In this document: positions 29,610-38,339 of the stretch, piece after piece
Position numbering within the stretch: position 1 is the stretch's first letter
Layout of the letters: every line of letters begins with the position of its first letter
Source: an uncultured Clostridia bacterium
GTDB lineage: Bacteria > Bacillota > Clostridia > Christensenellales > CAMQZB01
Reading direction: 5' to 3'
NCBI GenBank assembly: GCA_947039455.1
Contig: CAMQZB010000002.1
Span: forward strand, 97,393-161,392
DNA: 64,000 bases
Notes under the pieces: generated by a model
The model's database searches: none
What the model was told of the DNA's origin: nothing
The model's input: the letters and a program-made list of their open reading frames with translations, nothing else
Translations under genes and position numbers: made by a program

Positions 29610-32288
29610 ATGGAAAGAATAATACCTAAAAGCAGCAAAGTAAAATACAACGTATTCAAAAATCTAAGTGTAAAAGACATTGTGTTCATATGTATTTCAG
29701 CAATCATTTCAACCTCGTTAGTAGTATCAAACCTACCGAATAAATGGTTGTACTTTGCAATAACAGTCTTTTTGTCGGTACTCCTAGTACTGAAAATCGA
29801 AGACGAAAGTTTATATAAAATGATATTTGCATATATGGTGCATTTAACATGTAAGAAACGATTTAGAAACACTAAAAGAAGAAACAATATGACCGAATTG
29901 CAAACAGTGAAAGCAATAAATGACGGAACGTTGGTATATAAAAAATCCTTTGCAAAAGTAATAGAGATTGAACCAATAGCATTCGCGTTAAAGTCGGAAG
30001 ATGAGCAAGACCGCTTGATAAATAAGTTCGCAAGAACCTTTGGGATACTATCCGACATGCTAGGTTCGGAGTTGCACATAGTAAAACTTTTGCGACCGAT
30101 TACTTATGATAAGAAGAAACTTATAAACGGAATAGTTCGAACATCTGAGCTTAATTATTTGAAAGAGCAAAGCCTTGTTAATCAAAATGAGTTTGAAAAA
30201 CGTATTGAAATAATAGGTTGCAATGAAGAATTGTATGACGGATTAGACAGCGATAAATTACTAAAAGAACATTTCTATTTTCAAATTTTCTCACAGTATA
30301 AAAATCAAGCCGCTGATCTATCCGAACTACTTATGAGAGAGCTAAAAGGCTGTTCCTTGCAATGTTCCGAACTGAATAATGAAGAACTAGGAATATACGT
30401 TAAAAATTCATATACCATTGATTTCGACGAACATGACTATCAAGGAAGCGATGAAAATGATGTAATAGAAAATGGCTACAACGAGAAAGAAATACGCGAC
30501 AAACTAATGCCGAAAGAAGTTGAAGTAAAATGGAATAGATGTATCGTTGACGGAACTCAAGTTTCTCACCTAAACGTAGTGGATTATCCCTTGTACGTAA
30601 ACAATGCATGGGGTTTTGAAGCCTTTCACATACCACAATCAAAAGCGACTTTAAAGGTCAAAATAAGGGACAGACAAAAAGCAATCAAGGAAGTAGATAA
30701 AACAATCAGCAACTTGAATATGCAGTATAGAGAGAGCAATAAGGACTCTGAAAAAACTGTAATTGAAACACACATTGAATCCCTTAGAGAGTTGCTCCAA
30801 AGATTACAACTTGGAAACGATAATCTATACGATGTTAATTTTGCGGTAACAACGTACGATAAAACCACAACGAAAAAACTAACCAATAGACGTGAAGCAA
30901 GAAAGATACTAGCCAACAACGGAATGAAAGTCAGCTACGGTTGGGGCGAGAGTTTAAAGTGGTTCATTGCGGAATCTCTAACAAGAAACGTAGTAGGTAA
31001 ATCCGCAGGAATAAACTCATCTAGCTTAGCAGGAATTTTCCCATTTATAGATTTTGGTATAGACGACGAAAACGGAGTATTCATAGGTGAGAGCAACAAC
31101 TATGCAAGCTTTTTAGACTTGTTTTATCGTGACGGAAAAGCTAGAGTAAACAGCAACGCATTTGTGGTTGGACAGTCAGGAATGGGAAAATCATTCTACA
31201 CAAAAACCTTGATGGCGCAGCTAGCAGCAATAGGCGTAAAAATAATATGTTTTGACCCAGAACAAGAGTATAAGCACTTTGCGGAAAACTTAGGCGGCGT
31301 ATCAATCGATGTAAGTTCAGCAAAAGGCGGAAGAATTAATCCGCTACAAATAATCAAGGAACTAGACAGCGACGAAGATGTTGAAGATGGAAATGCGTTC
31401 TTTTCTCACTTAAATTTCCTAGCAAGTTTTTTCAAAGCAATCATACCAAACATGGACAGCAACGTATTCGAATGTCTGAATACAATAGTGAAAAACATGT
31501 ATAACGATATAGGTGTTAATGAGCAAACGGATATATCAAAATTCGATAATAGCAAGTATCCAACCTTTGACGATTTGTATAAAATCATAGTAAAAGAACT
31601 AAAAAGCGATTCAATAGATTATGAGATTTCAACATTACGAATATTGAAAATACAACTAGAAAAATTTGCAACTGGCGGAAGATACAGCGGACTGTGGAAC
31701 GGACAAACAACATTGCAAATGGATAGCAACTTTATTAACTTTGATTTTAGATCGTTGTTAGTAACAGAGAACAAAACCCTAGCAAATGCACAAATGTTGT
31801 TAATCCTAAGATACTGCAATTTAGAAGTAATCAAGAATCTAGAGCTAAACAATCAAGGAATAAATCGAAAGATAGCAATAGTAATTGACGAAGCTCACGT
31901 GTATTTCAACAAAGAAATGATGATAGCATTAAACTTCTTTTCACAAATGGCACGCCGTATCCGAAAGTACAATGGCATGATAATGTTCACAACCCAAAAC
32001 ATAGCGGATTTCATTGCAAATAGTGAAATCGCTGATAAGACAACAGCAATATTAAATGCGTGTCAGTATAGCTTTATATACGGCTTACCGCCTAATGCAA
32101 TAACCGACTTGGTTGCGTTATACAAAATGTCAAAACCATTGAATGACAGCGAAATACAGTTTATAAAAGACGCTGAACAAGGCGAGATGTTCTCAATCAT
32201 ATCCGCAAACAGTCGAGTGGGAATTAAAGTTGTTTCCCCTAAGTACATACAAGAATTTATGATAAAAAAAGAAGAAAACGTAGCGTAA
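29610..32288 (+). CDS. VirB4/TraE-family conjugation ATPase with N-terminal TM segment(s)
   Basis: Walker A VVGQSGMGKSFYTK. Walker B AIVIDEAHVYF. N-terminal hydrophobic helices (VirB3-like fusion). Confidence 0.85.
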   Translation: MERIIPKSSKVKYNVFKNLSVKDIVFICISAIISTSLVVSNLPNKWLYFAITVFLSVLLVLKIEDESLYKMIFAYMVHLTCKKRFRNTKRRNNMTELQTVKAINDGTLVYKKSFAKVIEIEPIAFALKSEDEQDRLINKFARTFGILSDMLGSELHIVKLLRPITYDKKKLINGIVRTSELNYLKEQSLVNQNEFEKRIEIIGCNEELYDGLDSDKLLKEHFYFQIFSQYKNQAADLSELLMRELKGCSLQCSELNNEELGIYVKNSYTIDFDEHDYQGSDENDVIENGYNEKEIRDKLMPKEVEVKWNRCIVDGTQVSHLNVVDYPLYVNNAWGFEAFHIPQSKATLKVKIRDRQKAIKEVDKTISNLNMQYRESNKDSEKTVIETHIESLRELLQRLQLGNDNLYDVNFAVTTYDKTTTKKLTNRREARKILANNGMKVSYGWGESLKWFIAESLTRNVVGKSAGINSSSLAGIFPFIDFGIDDENGVFIGESNNYASFLDLFYRDGKARVNSNAFVVGQSGMGKSFYTKTLMAQLAAIGVKIICFDPEQEYKHFAENLGGVSIDVSSAKGGRINPLQIIKELDSDEDVEDGNAFFSHLNFLASFFKAIIPNMDSNVFECLNTIVKNMYNDIGVNEQTDISKFDNSKYPTFDDLYKIIVKELKSDSIDYEISTLRILKIQLEKFATGGRYSGLWNGQTTLQMDSNFINFDFRSLLVTENKTLANAQMLLILRYCNLEVIKNLELNNQGINRKIAIVIDEAHVYFNKEMMIALNFFSQMARRIRKYNGMIMFTTQNIADFIANSEIADKTTAILNACQYSFIYGLPPNAITDLVALYKMSKPLNDSEIQFIKDAEQGEMFSIISANSRVGIKVVSPKYIQEFMIKKEENVA

Positions 32289-32316
32289 ATAACCAATTAA
32301 AGGGAGTATAGAGAAA

Positions 32317-33291
32317 ATGAGTAACGAAGTAAGTAGAAGTGTAAGCAAATTAAACTCAAGTAAGTTTAGGCAACAAATGTACGCTGAAAACATACCTGAA
32401 GAAATGAAACAGCTACCAAACTGGGTGTGTTATCGCGCATTCCCAAATACTGAAAAAATAGGCAAATACAAAAAACAATTAGTTGATCCAAACATTGATA
32501 GCAAAATCACATGGGCGAAATCAAACGAAAGAACCACATGGGGAACGTATGAAAAAGCTGTAAGTTTTGCAATGAGAAATAACTGTACTGGAATAGCATT
32601 CGCACTAGAGAAATCCTTAGGAATATGCTGTGTTGACTTGGACGATTGTTTCCCTGATGGAAAGATAAGCGATACAGCAAAAACCATGTTAAAACAGTTT
32701 GGAGATACCTATTCGGAGAAATCTATTTCGCACAATGGAATACATATATTTCTAAAAGGCGAGCTACCGAAAGAGTACGTACAAAGGAATGAAGAGATTG
32801 AAATGTATGATGACGTACGTTTCATATCAATGACAGGAACGAAACTATTGTATTCAAAATCATACTTAAAAACCATACCAAACCTAACAGCGATAAACAA
32901 GAAATATCTTGGGGAAAAGAAGATAATCGTACCCCAAAAGATAACGCCAATTAGGTGTGGCTTAGTTGATGAAAGAGTAATAATAGACGAGCTGAATTAC
33001 TATCCAAAATACCGTGCATTAATGAGCGGTGATACTTCAGAATACGGTGGCGACAAGTCAAGAGCGGACATAGCTTTATGCATGGGCATAGCTTACTATC
33101 ACAAAGATGTAAATACCATTGATAGCGTATTTAGACAAAGCGGCTTGTATAGAGAAAAATGGGATAGCGGTGGTTACGCAAAAATAACAATTCAAAAGGC
33201 AATACCTTTCCAAAAGAAGAACTTCGATTGGGAAGCATATTATAAAAGACAGTCTTACACAAAGACAAAAAGCGCACAATTAGATATCTAA
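32317..33291 (+). CDS. Prim-Pol type DNA primase/polymerase domain protein
   Basis: NWVCYRA...GIAFAL...CCVDLDDC...NGIHIFLKGELP (Prim-Pol core), plus SRADIALCMGIAYYHKDVNTIDSVFRQSGLYREKWD (primase C-terminal helper motif). Confidence 0.6.
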   Translation: MSNEVSRSVSKLNSSKFRQQMYAENIPEEMKQLPNWVCYRAFPNTEKIGKYKKQLVDPNIDSKITWAKSNERTTWGTYEKAVSFAMRNNCTGIAFALEKSLGICCVDLDDCFPDGKISDTAKTMLKQFGDTYSEKSISHNGIHIFLKGELPKEYVQRNEEIEMYDDVRFISMTGTKLLYSKSYLKTIPNLTAINKKYLGEKKIIVPQKITPIRCGLVDERVIIDELNYYPKYRALMSGDTSEYGGDKSRADIALCMGIAYYHKDVNTIDSVFRQSGLYREKWDSGGYAKITIQKAIPFQKKNFDWEAYYKRQSYTKTKSAQLDI

Positions 33292-33307
33292 CATTAGGAG
33301 GTAAATT

Positions 33308-33685
33308 ATGTTAAGATTTGAAGGCAAAGGCAGAGTAGTAAAAGATTTTGATGTGGAGACAATCAAAACAAAAGCAGGAAAAGAAATTGCAAAAGCAGTG
33401 GTAGTGGTCGCGTTCAACAACGGAACCGAAAAAGCTACAGGAGAAGACAAACCATCTACATTCTTACAAGTAGAGCTATGGGACAAACTAGCAACAAGAG
33501 CAGAAAACTTCGCCACAAAAGGCAGTCTAGTAGACATCAAAGGCGGCGTATTGCCAAACAATTACGAAAAAGACGGCAAAACAATCTACGGTTTCAAATA
33601 CGTAGCCAACGACATAAACGTCTACGCCACAAAAACCACCGACAACACAAAATCCCCCCAATCCAAAGAAGACATGCCATTCTAA
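33308..33685 (+). CDS. ssb: Single-stranded DNA-binding protein
   Basis: 125 aa with an OB-fold-like core (FLQVELWDKLAENF..KGSLVDIKG) and an acidic C-terminal tip EDMPF. Confidence 0.8.
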   Translation: MLRFEGKGRVVKDFDVETIKTKAGKEIAKAVVVVAFNNGTEKATGEDKPSTFLQVELWDKLATRAENFATKGSLVDIKGGVLPNNYEKDGKTIYGFKYVANDINVYATKTTDNTKSPQSKEDMPF

Positions 33686-33689
33686 CTAA
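33647..33689 (+). repeat. Direct repeat copy 1 (43 bp, last 12 codons and stop of ssb)
   Basis: ACAAAATCCCCCCAATCCAAAGAAGACATGCCATTCTAACTAA. It matches 36953-36995 at 42 of 43 positions. Confidence 0.95.
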
Positions 33690-33694
33690 CAAAA

Positions 33695-33731
33695 GAGCCG
33701 ACAATATCACTCGATATTATCGGTTCTTTTT
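33695..33731 (+). terminator. Rho-independent terminator after ssb
   Basis: GAGCCGACAATATC-ACTC-GATATTATCGGTTC followed by TTTTT. Confidence 0.7.
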
Positions 33732-33885
33732 ATTATGGTTAAATTTTTTCGTTTTATGTATACTTTTAGTAGACAAGCAATAATAAAATAGTATATAGTG
33801 TATACTATAAGTAGCAATTAATGCCTAAACCCATTAAATCAAATATGTGCTAGAATATATTTATCAAGAAATTAGGAGAAAAAAT

Positions 33886-35778
33886 ATGAAAAGTAAAGAA
33901 TATAATGAGATTGCCTCAACTAAGCAATTTGGTAAATATTTAAGCCAAATTATTAATGAAATGGGATGCAGTACAAGAAAATTCGCAATGGATTTTTCGG
34001 AGTATTGCGAATTGGACAGTGAAAGTGAATTAAAAAGCGTTTACAAATGGTGTCAAGGCAGAGGTATGCCAAGTGTGTTTAAACTATATAAACTTTCCCG
34101 ATTCATTGGCAAAAGCATGGAGAATTTAATTACTGCAGGAGACGACTGTGACATTGCTCCAAACTATCCAACTGTTCTAGAGATTGCTTACGACAAAGAA
34201 AATTGGAGTAAGAAACTTATGGAAGTAAAGAACCGTACTAATGACTTTGACGATTTTTGTTCTGGACAGGACCGTTGCCATAAAGAAATGATTGACTACG
34301 CCATGGAAGCGAAAAATGTTGAATTAGTAAAACACATAATAGACTCTAAAGATATAACATGTTATATGAATAATGAATATATGAAATATTTAATCACTAT
34401 GGAAGAAAATGAATTTGTTAAGCCGGAAATAAAGAAATATATGTCATCGTATATCACTGAAGTCAATGACGGAAATTGGCAACTAAAACAAGATGTTTTT
34501 AAATCTGATTCATCATTATTTAATGATTCAAAACAGCTAAACCCAGAATATAGAATTAATCCAAATATGAAGGAATTTCTTGAAGATATGGTTGAGAGAA
34601 ATAAGATTGATGATTTAATTACTGCATTTAACTTAATTCAAAATTATTATGATACATTAATTAGTGAAATTGAGTCGGAAGAAAATTTTGACAAAAGACC
34701 GTTTTGTTGCGAAGGTGGTTGGGATTCTAAAGTATATTCTAAAATTGAAGGTAGTTCTAAGCGTATAGTATTAGGTAATCTTGTTGAATTTACAATATGT
34801 TTTAGTGAAAGTGTGGCAAAACTAGAAAATAACGAAGTGAATAGCGCGTATGCTGATCTCACGGAAACTGCTGAAACGATTAAAACATGTTGTATGGAAA
34901 GTCGAGCGAATAAAATTACTTCAATGAACATGAGAATGCAAGATGATAATATTAATAACGCAATCATGTTTAGCCGTGAAAATGAAATTTATTATATGTC
35001 AATGCCATTACTAAATTCAATTGCAGGACAAAAAGATTTGATTCAGAAATTTAAAACTATAAAAAAGAACTATTTTTCTGGTGTAATGTTTGAAGTTGAT
35101 ATCCCAAAAGAAAAAAGTTTTGTAAACAAAAATCTTAAGTGCAGAATTCTAGGGTATGATTTTGATGTAGATCAAATGGACTCACTGTTGATTAAATATA
35201 AACAAGATATTAATATGAAATATTTAGAATTAATACAAAAACTGAATGAAGACGGCTATGATATATGTGCAGAAGATTTTAAACTTACTCCATATATTGA
35301 TGAATCAAGTGTAGTAATGAAATTGATTGAGAAAGGTCTTGGTGATAGTTATGCAGAAGTAATGGATCGCATATTGCTAAATCGTGGAATATACCAAGTA
35401 AACGACATGAATATTATGAACATTATATCAATGATTAAAGATTCTGGAGGTATAGCTATATTAGCTTGTCCGTTATTAGCATATAAACATAATGAGGAAA
35501 TAGAATTATCTACTGAAGAAGTGACTGAATTTATTGATATACTAAATGATCGTCAAACACTAGAGCATTTTACTGGGTGGGAAATTCGTTACAATAATTA
35601 TGTAGTTGAAGGCGAACAATATGATGAAATAATTAAAAAATTAAATGGACGAAAAAGAAAAGTGTCAATTGGTTATGATACAAACATGGTTTTAAATGAT
35701 GTAGTTATTGATGAAAAAGATTATAAGAGCTTAGCTGATACTTTGAAATCAAAAGCAAATAAGGTGAGAACATGCTAA
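33886..35778 (+). CDS. HTH-domain protein with a C-terminal degenerate PHP (TrpH/YciV-like) domain; first gene of the viperin cassette
   Basis: N-terminal XRE-like HTH (KQFGKYLSQIINEMGCSTRKFAMDF). The C-terminal segments CRILGYDFD...YLELIQKLNEDGYDI...IKDSGGIAILACPLLAY resemble PHP motifs (H.lG.., GG.a.lAHP) with His replaced by Cys. RBS AGGAGA before the ATG at 33886. Confidence 0.45.
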   Translation: MKSKEYNEIASTKQFGKYLSQIINEMGCSTRKFAMDFSEYCELDSESELKSVYKWCQGRGMPSVFKLYKLSRFIGKSMENLITAGDDCDIAPNYPTVLEIAYDKENWSKKLMEVKNRTNDFDDFCSGQDRCHKEMIDYAMEAKNVELVKHIIDSKDITCYMNNEYMKYLITMEENEFVKPEIKKYMSSYITEVNDGNWQLKQDVFKSDSSLFNDSKQLNPEYRINPNMKEFLEDMVERNKIDDLITAFNLIQNYYDTLISEIESEENFDKRPFCCEGGWDSKVYSKIEGSSKRIVLGNLVEFTICFSESVAKLENNEVNSAYADLTETAETIKTCCMESRANKITSMNMRMQDDNINNAIMFSRENEIYYMSMPLLNSIAGQKDLIQKFKTIKKNYFSGVMFEVDIPKEKSFVNKNLKCRILGYDFDVDQMDSLLIKYKQDINMKYLELIQKLNEDGYDICAEDFKLTPYIDESSVVMKLIEKGLGDSYAEVMDRILLNRGIYQVNDMNIMNIISMIKDSGGIAILACPLLAYKHNEEIELSTEEVTEFIDILNDRQTLEHFTGWEIRYNNYVVEGEQYDEIIKKLNGRKRKVSIGYDTNMVLNDVVIDEKDYKSLADTLKSKANKVRTC

Positions 35779-36602
35779 ATGTAGTAAATTTACATATTAC
35801 GGAAAGATGTATGTTCAGCTGTAAGAATTGTTTTGCAATATTCCATAAAAATAAAGAGTTAGAATTAAGTGAGTGGAAACTTGTAGTAGATAATATAAAC
35901 CATTATTTCAAAACAGCTGGAATTAAAAATGGTCGTATCAATTTAGCAGGCGGAGAGCTATTAATGGTAAGTTTCGTTGTTGAACTAATAACATATATTA
36001 AAAGCGTAGGACTTGATGTTTCGATAATAACAAACGGCGTAATGTTGAATAAACAATTAATTGATGATGTAGCAGAACACATTTCAATGATTGGAATTTC
36101 AGTAGATTCTATTTCTAAAGATACCAATATCAAAATAGGTAGATGTGATTGCGATAACAACGTACTCAACGTGGATCAGTTAATCGAAATTGCAAAATAC
36201 ATAAAAAGCAAGGGTATAAAATTAAAGATCAATTCAGTAATCACAAAACTGAATTTAGATGAAAATTTAAACGAATTTTACAATGAAATAAATCCTGATA
36301 GGATAAAGATTCTTCAAATGCGAGTTATGGGCGAAATGAATAAAAATAGTGAAAACTTAGCAATATCTGAATCAGAGTTCCAAACATATTGTGAAAAAAT
36401 AAATGCAAAAAACCTAGTTATAGAAACTAGTGAGGATATGGAAGATTCTTATTACATAGTAAATCCTAAAGGCGAATTGCAACGAAATTCAAACAATAAA
36501 TTGACTACAGTAGGTAATTTGTTAGAAGAAAATTTCAACGACATGATAAAAGACTGTAAAATAAATGCAGACAAAGTAGAAAAAAGATACAAAGGAGAAT
36601 AA
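35772..36602 (+). CDS. Prokaryotic viperin (pVip) radical-SAM enzyme
   Basis: Aligns by eye along its length with viperin: VNLHITERCMFSCKNCFA (C...C..C), INLAGGE, VSIITNG, GISVDS...IGR, KINSVITKLN, NPDRIKILQ, DSYYIV. ATGCTAA overlap with the upstream gene. Confidence 0.85.
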   Translation: MLNVVNLHITERCMFSCKNCFAIFHKNKELELSEWKLVVDNINHYFKTAGIKNGRINLAGGELLMVSFVVELITYIKSVGLDVSIITNGVMLNKQLIDDVAEHISMIGISVDSISKDTNIKIGRCDCDNNVLNVDQLIEIAKYIKSKGIKLKINSVITKLNLDENLNEFYNEINPDRIKILQMRVMGEMNKNSENLAISESEFQTYCEKINAKNLVIETSEDMEDSYYIVNPKGELQRNSNNKLTTVGNLLEENFNDMIKDCKINADKVEKRYKGE

Positions 36603-36606
36603 TCAA

Positions 36607-36933
36607 ATGGAAATAAATCTAGAATTAGGTTACCCAACTGTAGCAGAAGCTATGACGAATTTAGAAGGGTACATTAAAACATACAAACAACGTAATGAGA
36701 AAGTTGCAATCATAATCCACGGATACGGAAGCAGCGGTAAAGGTGGCGCTATAAGAACTAAAACCAGACAATGGTTAAAAGCTCAAGTTAACAGCAATAA
36801 AATCAAAGGAGTAGTACATGGCGAAGACTTTGGAATGTTCGATGATACATCAAGAACGATTAATGCAATTGATAAAGATGCCAAAAAATACTACGGAAAA
36901 TCAAACCAAGGTGTAACATTAGTATTAATATAA
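36607..36933 (+). CDS. Smr-domain-like small protein
   Basis: INLELGYPTVAEAMTNLEGYI...VAIIIHGYGSSGKGGAIRTKTRQWL...GVTLVLI follows the Smr pattern. The canonical LDLHG motif is replaced by INLELG. Confidence 0.55.
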   Translation: MEINLELGYPTVAEAMTNLEGYIKTYKQRNEKVAIIIHGYGSSGKGGAIRTKTRQWLKAQVNSNKIKGVVHGEDFGMFDDTSRTINAIDKDAKKYYGKSNQGVTLVLI

Positions 36934-36952
36934 CATCATATTTGTTGTAACT

Positions 36953-36995
36953 ACAAAATTCCCCCAATCCAAAGAAGACATGCCATTCTAACTAA
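36953..36995 (+). repeat. Direct repeat copy 2 (orphan duplicate of the ssb 3' end)
   Basis: ACAAAATTCCCCCAATCCAAAGAAGACATGCCATTCTAACTAA. It is not attached to an ORF, because stop codons lie upstream. Confidence 0.95.
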
Positions 36996-37020
36996 TTAGT
37001 AGTGGCAATACATAACAAAA

Positions 37021-37057
37021 AATAGCCTACTAACTTCGTGTAAGTTAGTAGGCTATT
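37021..37057. terminator. Bidirectional terminator hairpin, member of a repeated hairpin family
   Basis: AATAGCCTACTAACTT-CGTG-TAAGTTAGTAGGCTATT. A near-identical copy lies at 38250-38287. Confidence 0.7.
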
Positions 37058-37154
37058 AAAATTCTAAGTAGTCATATTAAATAATGGGTTAGACAAAGAA
37101 ACATATATATTTTCTTAAGAATTACACATTGTCATTTGTGATTAAATAAAAGCA

Positions 37155-38075
37155 CTAAGCAAGATTATCAATAGCATATTGAGCTTCTTCCGCAGTAAAT
37201 TTCTCACCATATTCAGATATTAATTGATCATATATGGAATTTTTAGACATACTCATAGTGTCGGAATAATTTTTTGCTTTTGCCAAAGCATTCTCATTCC
37301 AATCAGCAACGATATTGTCAACAGCATATTGAGCTTCTGCTGCAGTAAATTGCTCACCATACTCCGAGATTAATTGGTCATATATGGATTTTTTAGACAT
37401 ATGCATAGTGTCAGAATAATTTTCAGCTTTTGCTAAAGCGTTTTCATTCCAATTGGCAACGATATTGTCAATAGCATATTGCGCTGCTTCAGGTTCAAAA
37501 TCTTCACCATATTCAGAAATTAGTTGATTATATATACTTATTTTAGACATATGCATTAAATCAGAATAAGTTTTTGCTTTCTTTAATGCATTTTTAAATT
37601 CAATATTAGGTGCTTTTCCTAAAGAATATGTAACTGTAATTTTCTTACCTTCTAATATTTTGTCATCAATTGTTTTGCTTTGTTTCAAAAACAATCCTTT
37701 TGCTATAGTGTCAGAATGGTCGTATTCAAAATTACAAACTATTTTGTTTGCTTTAGCCCAAACTTCAATTTCATTTAATTCCATTGAACTAAAATCTATT
37801 ATTGTAACATAATTTTGGCTGTCGATAGGTGGAGTTGTTTCAGTTTGTTCTTGTCCATCCAAATTATTATTTGGAAGTTCACCTCCGCTAAACGATGAAG
37901 TAATAATTGCTATAGCCAATAGACCAAAAATGACAGATAATATTATTTTCTTACCAATGCTAAAATGTTTTTTTCTAACCCACATAAAAGGTATTCCTAC
38001 ATAAGGGACTATTATGAGTAGTATCCAAAAAAACCAGGTTTTGTCGTACCAAAGTACTTTATTTGTTTTTTCCAT
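37155..38075 (-). CDS. Membrane-anchored Ltp-family (host surface-exposed lipoprotein-like) protein with three tandem Ltp repeats
   Basis: Three ~50-aa repeats NYSDTMHMSKKSIYDQLISEYGEQFTAAEAQYAVDNIVADWNENALAKAK. N-terminal TM helices. Start at MEKTNK (38075) after AGGAGGA. Confidence 0.7.
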   Translation of the reverse strand: MEKTNKVLWYDKTWFFWILLIIVPYVGIPFMWVRKKHFSIGKKIILSVIFGLLAIAIITSSFSGGELPNNNLDGQEQTETTPPIDSQNYVTIIDFSSMELNEIEVWAKANKIVCNFEYDHSDTIAKGLFLKQSKTIDDKILEGKKITVTYSLGKAPNIEFKNALKKAKTYSDLMHMSKISIYNQLISEYGEDFEPEAAQYAIDNIVANWNENALAKAENYSDTMHMSKKSIYDQLISEYGEQFTAAEAQYAVDNIVADWNENALAKAKNYSDTMSMSKNSIYDQLISEYGEKFTAEEAQYAIDNLA

Positions 38076-38249
38076 TTTTTTCCTCCTAAATATTTCTCCA
38101 TGAGTATACATGCAATTTCGATAATTGTCAAGTTGAGGTGACTGTAATAAATTAATTAAATATAATTAGTTATGTTTAAACTTTTAAACCATCAAAATTA
38201 AATAAAAGTATATAAACAATTTGCTGAAATTGCAAACATAACAAGAATA

Positions 38250-38287
38250 AATAGCCAACTAACTTCATTCTAAGTTAGTTGGCTATT
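38250..38287. terminator. Terminator hairpin, second copy of the repeated family
   Basis: AATAGCCAACTAACTT-CATTC-TAAGTTAGTTGGCTATT, downstream of cat on the minus strand. Confidence 0.7.
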
Positions 38288-38339
38288 TGAATTTTTTGTG
38301 ATAAAAACTGTAAACTCTATAAATTATGCTAATACAATA

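Noticed and set aside
24748-30079. Long antisense ORFs inside large genes (for example 24748-25263, 27714-28331, 29585-30079, and similar ones throughout the track)
   Set aside because: They are shadow ORFs opposite strongly supported long coding frames. They have no RBS or motifs and are typical of AT-rich genomes.
33478-33783. Track ORF overlapping ssb in another frame, giving an Arg/Lys/Gln-rich peptide
   Set aside because: It is a shadow frame of the A-rich ssb 3' region and terminator. It has no RBS, and the ssb frame has clear SSB features.
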